A stretch of DNA of 59,616 bases, the filler included. It is 5 parts of 5 records of this genome, joined end to end, with 100 filler letters (N's around TTAATTAATTAA, not from the genome) between each part and the next. Parts side by side here need not be neighbours in the genome. Positions count along the whole stretch, not along the records: positions 45,874 to 54,170 come from SRR31156797_20714; positions 54,271 to 59,616 come from SRR31156797_20727; 3 more parts are not named here. The stretch is one strand, 5' to 3'. The position numbers and the translations under genes were made by a program. The notes under the pieces were generated by a model that saw nothing but the letters and a program-made list of their open reading frames with translations, was not told where the DNA came from and made no database searches. The stretch's first letter is position 1. Each line of letters starts with the position of its first letter. Of this stretch, positions 49,168 through 59,616 are shown in pieces.

Positions 49168-50526
49168 GTGATTGCAATTTTTACTCAATTTATGAGCAGA
49201 CTCGAAGCGGAACTTCCCGTCAAGGAATTCCAACGCTGGTTTTCACCTTTGAGCTACCACAGTGGATCCAACAATGTTTTGACCATACAAGTACCTAATA
49301 TATTTTTCAAATCATGGATTATTGATAAATATTCCACAAAAATGAAAAATATTATATCAGAAATAGCACAGAAAAATATCGAGTTGGATTTCATTTGTGG
49401 AGAAGAAGATAATATCGAACCTGAAAAAATAATCCTTCAATCCGAATTTTCCAACGAAGCCGGTCTGGAAACAGGCGCATCCGAATTTATCGATTTCCAA
49501 TCCGGGCTAAGCGACAAGTATACTTTTGAAAACTTCGTGGTCGGCAGTTCCAACCAGCTGGCCCATGCCGCTTCGAAAGCGGTCAGCAACAAAAGCGCCG
49601 CCTATAATCCGTTGTTTCTGTATGGAGGATCCGGACTGGGAAAAACCCACCTGCTCAACGCTATAGGCAACAATCTGCTTCAACTTGACAATAATCTCAG
49701 AATTGTTTATCTGAGTTCCGAAGATTTCACCAATGAACTGATAGAAGCGCTCAGGTCCGAGCACATGAGCGATTTCCGCCAAAAATATAGAAATATAGAC
49801 GCATTACTTATCGACGATATACACTTCATCGGCGGCAAGGAAAGAACCCAGGAAGAATTCTTTTACACTTTCAACGCGCTGTATGAAGCAGGCAAGCAAA
49901 TTGTCCTTTCAAGCGACAAAATGCCCAAGGAAATACCGGATTTGGAAGACAGGTTGAGGTCCCGCTTTGAAGGAGGTCTTTTCGCCGACATATCGCCTCC
50001 CGACCGCGAAACCAAAGTCGCCATCCTCAGCAAAAAAGCGGAAGAAGAAGGCATTGAACTCAGCAACGAAGTCGGTTTCTACCTGGCTTCACAAAATGAG
50101 ACCAATATCAGGGTTCTGGAAGGATATTTGGCCAGGTTGGGCGCCTATACATCCCTGACCAACAAGCCCATTGATATGGAAACCGCCCAGAGACTGCTCG
50201 GTTTGTTTATAGAAGCCGACCAGAAGCAGATAACCATAGACTTGATAATGAAAGTCACGGCCGATTTCTTTAATATCAAAATCAGCGACCTTAAATCCGG
50301 CAAGAAACAGAAAACCATAGCTGCTCCCCGCCAGGCGGCCATGTACATTACCCGGCAGATGACCCCTTTATCCACAATTGAAATCGGGCGCCGCTTTGGG
50401 GGAAGAGACCATTCCACGGTAATACACGCTGTTAAAAAAATAGAATCCAGGATGGAAAGCGATCGCCATTTCGCCCAAACCATCTCCGAATTAAAGAAAA
50501 ACATCCGCAGCAATGCGGCTCAATAG
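49168..50526 (+). CDS. dnaA: Chromosomal replication initiator
   Basis: YNPLFLYGGSGLGKTHL, LLIDDI, RLRSRF, GGRDHSTVIHA. Confidence 0.98.
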   Translation: MIAIFTQFMSRLEAELPVKEFQRWFSPLSYHSGSNNVLTIQVPNIFFKSWIIDKYSTKMKNIISEIAQKNIELDFICGEEDNIEPEKIILQSEFSNEAGLETGASEFIDFQSGLSDKYTFENFVVGSSNQLAHAASKAVSNKSAAYNPLFLYGGSGLGKTHLLNAIGNNLLQLDNNLRIVYLSSEDFTNELIEALRSEHMSDFRQKYRNIDALLIDDIHFIGGKERTQEEFFYTFNALYEAGKQIVLSSDKMPKEIPDLEDRLRSRFEGGLFADISPPDRETKVAILSKKAEEEGIELSNEVGFYLASQNETNIRVLEGYLARLGAYTSLTNKPIDMETAQRLLGLFIEADQKQITIDLIMKVTADFFNIKISDLKSGKKQKTIAAPRQAAMYITRQMTPLSTIEIGRRFGGRDHSTVIHAVKKIESRMESDRHFAQTISELKKNIRSNAAQ

Positions 50527-50778
50527 GAAACTATCAACACCCGGCTTTTAATAACTTGACAAAATAGTGACGAAACAATGGTCAATAACGAAAATATGAA
50601 AACAAGATTAATATCCAGGTTGATAACCTGAATGAAAATATCACTTTTTGTCAATTTTAAATATCTGTAAATATTACAAAAACTACAGTTTTCGACAATT
50701 TCACAGATACTATTAATATTGTTATTATTTTTTAAAGAATTATAAAGAACTCTCGTTGAAAACCTAAAAGGAGGATAA
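50527..50778. other. Probable oriC region between dnaA and dnaN
   Basis: AT-rich spacer with degenerate DnaA-box-like nonamers (CTATCAACA, TTTTCGACA) and an AT-rich TAN-triplet tract at ~50708-50735. A perfect TTATCCACA lies inside dnaA at 50368-50376. Confidence 0.55.
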
Positions 50779-51903
50779 TTGGTTATGCTGGAATTAAAAC
50801 TCAAAAGGGAAGAATTACTTAAAGGCGTATCGCAGACTCAATCGATAGCCGAAAAAAGAAGCTCTATGCCTATTCTTTCCAATGTCCTTCTGGAGGTGCG
50901 TGAAAACAGGCTGGCCATTACAGCTACGGATTTGGAAATTTCTTTTCGCGGCACATATGAAGCGGAAATAATCGAAGAAGGTCGTTTGACCGTACCCGCC
51001 CGTAAACTATTCGAAATAGTCAGGGTAATCGGTGATGACGAATTCAGCATCAAGGAAACCGAAAATCACAGCCTGATCATAAAAGGATCCAGGTCCAAAT
51101 ACCAACTCAACGGTCTGTCCCCGGAAGATTTTCCTCCCATGCCGGATTTTGACGAAGTCAGCTACCTGGACATGGAAGCCGAAACAATTCTGGATATGAT
51201 AGAAAAAACGATTCATTCCATTGCCATGGAAGAAACCCGCTACAATCTGGCCGGCGTCTACTTTGAAAAAGGAGATCTCGAAGATAAAAAAGTTGTTAGA
51301 TTTGCCTCAACCGACGGCCACAGACTCAGCCTTGTGGAAAAGGATATGCCTAATCTCGAAGTCCTGGATCTGCCCAAGGGCGTGATTATTTCCAGAAAAG
51401 GCGTTACCGAAATGAAAAAACTGGCCGAGGAAGGCGGCGTTCTCAAAATAGGCTTCACCACAAACAGCGCCGTAATGAAGGGAGAAAACGTAGTTTTGGT
51501 CATGAGGCTGCTCGACGGACGTTTTCCGGATTACAACCTGGTAATACCCAAGAAAAACGATAAACATCTGTCGTTGGGACGCAAGGATTTCCTGGAGATG
51601 CTGCGCAGGGTTTCTGTAATGAGCAGCGATGATTACAAGGGCGTTAAATTTTCGCTTTCACCCAAGGAGCTTACATTAACCGCCGTCAACCCGGATCTCG
51701 GCGAAGCCCGTGAAAGCCTGCCCATTGACTATGAAGGGCCGGAACTGGATATCGGCTTTAACCCGAGATATTTTATTGAAGCCTTGTCATCGCTTAAAAG
51801 CGATCTTATAACCTTATCCTTGCTGGATGCCGGAAATCCCAGCATGATGACCGCCTCTGATGACATTGGCTATACCGGCGTCATTATGCCGATGAAGATA
51901 TAA
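50779..51903 (+). CDS. dnaN: DNA polymerase III beta clamp
   Basis: PILSNVLL, ATDLE, STDGHRL, RLLDGRFPDY, VIMPMKI. Start may be ATG 50785. Confidence 0.97.
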   Translation: MVMLELKLKREELLKGVSQTQSIAEKRSSMPILSNVLLEVRENRLAITATDLEISFRGTYEAEIIEEGRLTVPARKLFEIVRVIGDDEFSIKETENHSLIIKGSRSKYQLNGLSPEDFPPMPDFDEVSYLDMEAETILDMIEKTIHSIAMEETRYNLAGVYFEKGDLEDKKVVRFASTDGHRLSLVEKDMPNLEVLDLPKGVIISRKGVTEMKKLAEEGGVLKIGFTTNSAVMKGENVVLVMRLLDGRFPDYNLVIPKKNDKHLSLGRKDFLEMLRRVSVMSSDDYKGVKFSLSPKELTLTAVNPDLGEARESLPIDYEGPELDIGFNPRYFIEALSSLKSDLITLSLLDAGNPSMMTASDDIGYTGVIMPMKI

Positions 51904-51916
51904 CGAAGGGAAGTAA

Positions 51917-54170
<2,254 letters not shown>

Positions 54171-54270
54171 NNNNNNNNNNNNNNNNNNNNNNNNNNNNNN
54201 NNNNNNNNNNNNNNTTAATTAATTAANNNNNNNNNNNNNNNNNNNNNNNNNNNNNNNNNNNNNNNNNNNN

Positions 54271-54904
54271 CAAATCCCCACCAACCTTTATGGTTCATAG
54301 TAAAAGTAAATACACCATTGTCATCAGTTTTTACCACTTGTGTGATATGGGCATCACTTGGAGCTTTAAGACCATATTCATTATAAAGTTCCACTTCAAC
54401 CTCTACATTGGCTGCTGGCTTTCCATCATGAAGCACTTTTGCACTAAAGGAGTTTCCTGCATATACCCCAAAAGGTTTTGAGAGAGGAATCATCTCATAT
54501 TTTAAGCCAATAGGTTCATCCCAACCATCTTCAAGACCAAATGAGCTTATGATCACTTTTGGAACATGGGAGATAAATTTTTCCTCTGCTGGTTCAAAGT
54601 AAGGTTGCGGTTCTACAAAAAACTTGTAAACCCCAGGTGCTTTAATATTATATGAACTTTTCCAAGCTTTATGATCAAACTTTTTTGTTTCACTTAAAGG
54701 TAATGAGTTTTTTTTACTATTCATATAAAGAACAGGTTTTTCCATTGTCATACCAGTTTGTTCAAATGGATGGATAAAAGAGATATCAAAGTCTATTTTT
54801 GACTCTTTTTTATTCTCTACATTATCTGTAGTTGGTAAGAAAGTTAAAAAGTGAGCATTAGCAGCAAGAGCTAAACCTAGAATGAAAGGAGATACTTTTT
54901 TCAT
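54271..54904 (-). CDS. DUF4198 (NikM-like) periplasmic protein, 3' truncated
   Basis: Signal peptide ending ANA-HF, FIHPFE, PYFEPAE, TQVVKTDDNGVF. Confidence 0.8.
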
Positions 54905-55032
54905 ATGACAGAATCCTTGTGTTTTATTTTTTAGTGAATGAATGTGGAGAAATTATAAGAACATCTTCTTACATTGATATAAATTTTTTTACTTCTTATA
55001 TATTTTTAGCACTAAAAAGATAAAATTCTTGT

Positions 55033-55707
55033 ATGATGTGTCCATATTGTAATCATAGTAGAACCTATTTATTAAAAACAACTCAGAGAAAATGCTCTAA
55101 ATGTTTTAGAAAATTTAGTCCAACAAAGATCAAAAGAGATCAAGATATCATAGAGTGTTTTTGTAATGATCTTAGTGCAAGAGAGTCCTCTAAACAGTTA
55201 GGTCTTAATTATATCACTGTAAAAAATAGATACGAATATATAAGAAAACTAGTCGCTTCATTCTTAGAAGAGGAGTATCAAGGAAAAACTTCAAGTGAAT
55301 ATGATGAATATGTTTATCTCCCAAAAACAAAAAAGAAGATACAAAAAAATATCTTTGATGCACAAAACTTTTTAACTTTTTGTTTTGAGAGTACAAAAGT
55401 TTATAATCTTTTGATGCCAAACCTTCATCGATTTAAAACAGAACTTTTAGATGATGATCTTGATGAAGTTTATTTTAAAGAGTTCTCAAAGTTTATGATG
55501 TGGAATAAAATTGCAAAGATCGAAAAAAAAGAAAATACCATAACACAGTTTTGGAATTTTTTTGAAAATTCTATTGTAAGATATAAAGGGATAAATAGTG
55601 AGAATTTTATCTATTATTTAAAAGAGTTTGAGTTTAAGTTCAATTATACAAAAGAGCAAAGAAAGGAGATACTCTTTACTCTTTTTAAAGAGAAACTATT
55701 TGTTTAG
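55033..55707 (+). CDS. IS1595-family transposase-like protein, apparently degenerate
   Basis: Zn ribbon CPYC..KCSKC, HTH (SARESSKQLGLNYITV), EYDEY, and C-terminal YKGI..YLKEFEFKFN. Confidence 0.65.
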   Translation: MMCPYCNHSRTYLLKTTQRKCSKCFRKFSPTKIKRDQDIIECFCNDLSARESSKQLGLNYITVKNRYEYIRKLVASFLEEEYQGKTSSEYDEYVYLPKTKKKIQKNIFDAQNFLTFCFESTKVYNLLMPNLHRFKTELLDDDLDEVYFKEFSKFMMWNKIAKIEKKENTITQFWNFFENSIVRYKGINSENFIYYLKEFEFKFNYTKEQRKEILFTLFKEKLFV

Positions 55708-56262
55708 TTTTCCCTCGATCTCTATTTCAAGTTTTACTTCATCGCCAACAGCAACACCACCAGCTTCTAAAACTCTATTCCATGTGATCCCATAATCACT
55801 TCTTTTTAGTTTTCCACTTAAGGTAAATCCTGCTACAGTATTTCCTCTCATATCGACAATACTTCCACCTGGTTCATAATCAAGTACAATATCTTTTGTA
55901 ACACCTTTCATTGTAAAGGTACCATAAGCTTTATCATTTTCTAGTTTTGTAAGTTTAAAAGTGATAATAGGATATTTTGCTGCATCAAAAATATCATCAG
56001 CTCTTAAGTGCTTATCTCTTTTTTCATTTGCTGTATTAATAGAAGCAACCTCAATTGTTCCATCTAATGCTTGGAGTGCATTTGTTTTTTCATCAAAATC
56101 AAAGCTTCCTGAAAACTTATCAAAGCTCCCTTTTACATTTGATATCATCATATGTTTTACTTTAAAGCCAACACTTGAATGAGCTTGATCAATCGTAAAA
56201 GTCCCTGCAAAAAGTGAAGAGACAAAAAGTAGACTCGCAACGGTGATTTTTTTAATGTTCAT
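55696..56262 (-). CDS. YceI-family lipid/polyisoprenoid-binding protein
   Basis: IDQAHSSVGFKVKHMMISNVKGSF, RDKHLR, RSDYGI. Confidence 0.93.
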   Translation of the reverse strand: MNIKKITVASLLFVSSLFAGTFTIDQAHSSVGFKVKHMMISNVKGSFDKFSGSFDFDEKTNALQALDGTIEVASINTANEKRDKHLRADDIFDAAKYPIITFKLTKLENDKAYGTFTMKGVTKDIVLDYEPGGSIVDMRGNTVAGFTLSGKLKRSDYGITWNRVLEAGGVAVGDEVKLEIEIEGKLNK

Positions 56263-56489
56263 ATTTTTTCCTTATTTTGGTTTGAAAAAGTTTATAGATA
56301 TTTCGTTAATGAAATATTAACGGGGAATAGTTTTAGATTTTTATTTTAAGTAATAATTTATTTTATTCTTTTGTGTCACATTATGTATTTACAAAGAGGA
56401 AAAAAGTTTATGAAATTACTTTATTAATTATTAAATAAATATCTTTTTTACATTACAATGAATAATTAAGAATGATAAAAGGATAAAAC

Positions 56490-58106
56490 ATGAATAGAAA
56501 TTTAAAAACCTTTGGAGTAAAACTAGAAGATAGTTTATTTCATATAAATGAACATAAAATGGATAGAGAAAAAAAGCAAACAGCTCTTGAAAAATTACAC
56601 ACATATCAGTTTACACAAAAGAAAAATTTTTTAGGGTATCAAGTAAATCAAGATATTGACTATCAAAAAAACTATTCAGAGTATCTGAATATCTCTTTAA
56701 ATAATGTAGGAGACCCTTTTGTAGATGGAAACCTTACTACCCAAACAAAGATGGTAGAAAGAGAAGTTTTAAAATATTTTGCAACACTATGGAACAATCC
56801 AAACAGAGATGATAAGCATCCAAAGAATAATGATTATTGGGGATATGTTGTCTCCATGGGATGTACAGAAGCAAATATCTTTGGTCTGTTAAGTGGAAGA
56901 GATTATCTAGAAGGGAAATATCTTTTAATAGATGAAGAAAAGCCTAAACAAGCTAAGAGTTTAAGTGAGGAATTAAAAGATATAGATTGTATGGTAGATG
57001 ATCATCTTATGACAAAATATGGAAAAGTAAAAAATGAAAATCATAATGGTTTGATCCCTATTGCTTTTTACTCTCAAGATACACACTATTCAAATGTAAA
57101 AGCTATGGAAGTATTAAAGGTGAATACTTTTAATAAAGAAGCGTCACTAAAAGGGTATGAGTCACCATTAGATAGTTCAGACTTTCCAAAAGGGTTTTCA
57201 GAAATTTATTTAGATGATAATGGATGGCCTAAAGAGGTACCTTCAAATCAAGATGGATCTATCCATATTCCAGCTCTTCTAAAATTAGTAGAATTTTTTG
57301 CACAAAAAGGGCATCCAATACTTATCTGTTTTAACTATGGGAGTACGTTTAAAGGTGCTTACGATCATGTTGATAGTGCTGTGGAGCAACTTGTCCCAAT
57401 ATTTAAAAAGTATGATCTTTATGAAAGAGAAATAGAATACGATACAGGAAAAACAGATATAAGAAATGGATTTTGGATCCATGTGGATGGAGCTTTAGGT
57501 GCTGCATATATGCCATATATCGAAAAAGCTTTAGATCAGGGTAAACTTGATAAACCATATGAAGAGTATACTTTTCCTGTTTTTGATTTTAGGATACCAG
57601 AGATTCACTCTATCTCTATGAGTGGACATAAGTGGATTGGTTCCCCTTGGCCTACAGGTATTTATATGTCAAAAGTAAAATATCAACTCAAACCAGTAGA
57701 TGATCCTATGTATATAGGTTCTCCAGATACAACCTTTGCAGGATCTAGAAATGGTTTTTCTCCACTTATCCTTTGGGAGTATTTATCAAATAACTCTCTT
57801 GAGGATCATATAACAAGTGTAACAGATGTGGAAAAACTAGCACAAGAGACTTTTGAAAGATTGAAAAGTTTAGATAAGGATAAGGAGTGTTGGATCCAAA
57901 GATCAACTTTTTCATTGACAATCCGTATGAAAAAACCAAATGATGATATAGTTTTTAAGTATTCTTTATCTACGGAGGATCTTTATGTAAATGGTAAACC
58001 TAGAAGCTATGCACATATCTATATTATGAAACATGTTACAAAAGAATTAATAGAAAGTTTTATAGAAGATTTGATAAACTCAGGATATTTTGAAAAAGGT
58101 GAATAA
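56490..58106 (+). CDS. Group II PLP-dependent amino-acid decarboxylase (histidine/serine decarboxylase-like)
   Basis: LNNVGDPF, YWGYV..G.TEAN, DTHYS, IHVDGALG, SGHKWIG (PLP lysine), TFAGSRNG. Confidence 0.88.
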   Translation: MNRNLKTFGVKLEDSLFHINEHKMDREKKQTALEKLHTYQFTQKKNFLGYQVNQDIDYQKNYSEYLNISLNNVGDPFVDGNLTTQTKMVEREVLKYFATLWNNPNRDDKHPKNNDYWGYVVSMGCTEANIFGLLSGRDYLEGKYLLIDEEKPKQAKSLSEELKDIDCMVDDHLMTKYGKVKNENHNGLIPIAFYSQDTHYSNVKAMEVLKVNTFNKEASLKGYESPLDSSDFPKGFSEIYLDDNGWPKEVPSNQDGSIHIPALLKLVEFFAQKGHPILICFNYGSTFKGAYDHVDSAVEQLVPIFKKYDLYEREIEYDTGKTDIRNGFWIHVDGALGAAYMPYIEKALDQGKLDKPYEEYTFPVFDFRIPEIHSISMSGHKWIGSPWPTGIYMSKVKYQLKPVDDPMYIGSPDTTFAGSRNGFSPLILWEYLSNNSLEDHITSVTDVEKLAQETFERLKSLDKDKECWIQRSTFSLTIRMKKPNDDIVFKYSLSTEDLYVNGKPRSYAHIYIMKHVTKELIESFIEDLINSGYFEKGE

Positions 58107-58113
58107 ATAGTCA

Positions 58114-59616
58114 ATGAATAAAAAAAAGACCCTTGAGCAATTGCTATCAGAAAATATTAAATTTTCTACCCTTATCCCTATAGTTTTAATATCAGTCGTA
58201 CTTTTTAGTATATATCTTTTGGTAATGAATTATATCTCCAATGAAAATGAAAAGATCATTATTAAAAATGCAAGAGAATCCTTAGTATATTCAGTAGATA
58301 GGGAATCTAAAAATATAAGTGAGAAAATGACTAGTATAGCCAATAGTCAAAAAAGTATCTTTACCCAAGCTGATCATTTTTATAAAAATAGACAAAAGTA
58401 TACAGTCCTTGATACAAATATCGAATATGCAAAAAGCAAGTACGGCTTATATTATCAAATAGAGAATACAGGTGGAGCAGATGCCATGTCTTTTTTATTT
58501 ACAAAACTAGATAAAAAAGAGATAGTAACATACCTCAATGAAACACAATGGCTTGATATACATTTAAAAAACGCTGTTGAAGATAGTGAAGCAGTAGTAG
58601 CTTCTTGGATCATTGATAGTAATGCAATGATACGATATTATCCTTTTATTGGTCTTCATCAGTATATGTCAGATGTGAGTAACTTTTTTGATTGGACATT
58701 TTATTATGAAGTGGATCCAAAGCATAACCCTGAAAGAAAAGCTTTGTGGAGTACGATCTATTTAGATCCTGCACAAAATGGATGGATGACATCATATATC
58801 ACACCAGTATATGATAATAATGATAACTTTCGCGCTGTAGTTGGAGTCGATGTACCTATAAAAGCTTTAGCTAAAGAGGTATTACCCAAAGAGATACCTT
58901 TTGAGGGGGAAGTTTTTTTAACTGATGATAAAGGGATGATCATTGCAATTACAGATAAATTAAATCTCTTTTTTGATCTGGTTGAGTTACAAAAGAATGA
59001 TAAAAACAAACTTATTATAAAAGAGATATTAAAGCCTGCTGAACATAATCTTTTAAAGCATAAAGATCCTAGCTTTGTAACACAATTTAAAAAGTACTTC
59101 TTTGATGATGCAAATAGTGGGGAATTTGTTTTTAAAGACAAGCATTTTCTTGTAGAGACTCAAAATATCACTGGAACAAATTGGAAAGTGTTTTTTCTTA
59201 TAGATAAAGATCAGTTGATACAAGATAGTCTAAAAGTACAAAAGCACTCAGACAAAATCTCTTATATTGTATTTATATCTATGGTGATTTTTGTAATAGT
59301 GTTTTTATTTTTATTAACAAAACTATCAAAAAGACTCTCTTCAAAAATATCTTATCCAATCACAGCACTTTCAGAAAATACAAAAAATATCACGATGTAT
59401 AAAAGACAAGAAGATACAAAAATAGAAGAGATAGATATACTACTAGAGAACTTTGATAAAATGACAATAGAGGTAAAAGACAATAGGAAAAACCTTGAAG
59501 AGAAAATCACACAAAGAACCAAAGAGCTAGAAGAACAAAAAGAGAAAGCAGTGAGTGCAACAAGAGCTAAATCAGAGTTTTTAGCCAATATGTCCCATGA
59601 GATACGAACTCCTATG
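58114..59616 (+). CDS. Cache-domain sensor histidine kinase, 3' truncated (not in ORF track)
   Basis: ATG at 58114 is in frame with the last bases of the window. TM, then Cache motif (WSTIYLDPAQNGWMTSYITPVY..VVGVDV), TM, HAMP-like region, and H-box KSEFLANMSHEIRTPM. Confidence 0.9.
   Translation, partial: MNKKKTLEQLLSENIKFSTLIPIVLISVVLFSIYLLVMNYISNENEKIIIKNARESLVYSVDRESKNISEKMTSIANSQKSIFTQADHFYKNRQKYTVLDTNIEYAKSKYGLYYQIENTGGADAMSFLFTKLDKKEIVTYLNETQWLDIHLKNAVEDSEAVVASWIIDSNAMIRYYPFIGLHQYMSDVSNFFDWTFYYEVDPKHNPERKALWSTIYLDPAQNGWMTSYITPVYDNNDNFRAVVGVDVPIKALAKEVLPKEIPFEGEVFLTDDKGMIIAITDKLNLFFDLVELQKNDKNKLIIKEILKPAEHNLLKHKDPSFVTQFKKYFFDDANSGEFVFKDKHFLVETQNITGTNWKVFFLIDKDQLIQDSLKVQKHSDKISYIVFISMVIFVIVFLFLLTKLSKRLSSKISYPITALSENTKNITMYKRQEDTKIEEIDILLENFDKMTIEVKDNRKNLEEKITQRTKELEEQKEKAVSATRAKSEFLANMSHEIRTPM

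Overview
The window is not one locus. It is five unrelated contigs joined by artificial N-linkers containing TTAATTAATTAA. Contig 1 (1-30623) is an apparently complete ~30.6 kb integrative island bounded by two overlapping halves of tRNA-Leu(CAA). It carries a tyrosine integrase and an Xis-like HTH, but no recognisable phage or conjugation genes. Its cargo is defence-like: (a) a translationally coupled DndFGH/DptFGH-like triad (P-loop ATPase, 429-aa protein, 1685-aa PD-(D/E)xK + FtsK-type ATPase) next to a C5-cytosine methyltransferase and Vsr, with no phosphorothioation genes; (b) an SRA-like/HNH nuclease; (c) an apparently circularly permuted Hsp70-like ATPase fused to a HEPN-like tail; (d) a Fic/VbhA toxin-antitoxin pair; (e) a GSU2403-type nucleotidyltransferase; (f) two unannotated Asn-rich micropeptides upstream of an HTH/ankyrin protein. 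It also holds a decayed WYL regulator, a tRNA-Asp att relic and two families of repeated intergenic sites. Contig 2 (30724-38922, GC-rich) has gmk, yicC, secG, tpiA, pheA, ogt and others. Contig 3 (39023-45773) has a hydrolase, methyltransferase, anSME-type radical SAM, PsiE, DegQ and a histidine kinase. Contig 4 (45874-54170) has PBP1A, moaA, dnaA-oriC-dnaN-gyrB. Contig 5 (54271-59616, AT-rich) has DUF4198, an IS1595-like protein, YceI, a PLP decarboxylase and a Cache-domain histidine kinase missing from the ORF track. All family assignments come from motif recognition by eye; no database search was run.
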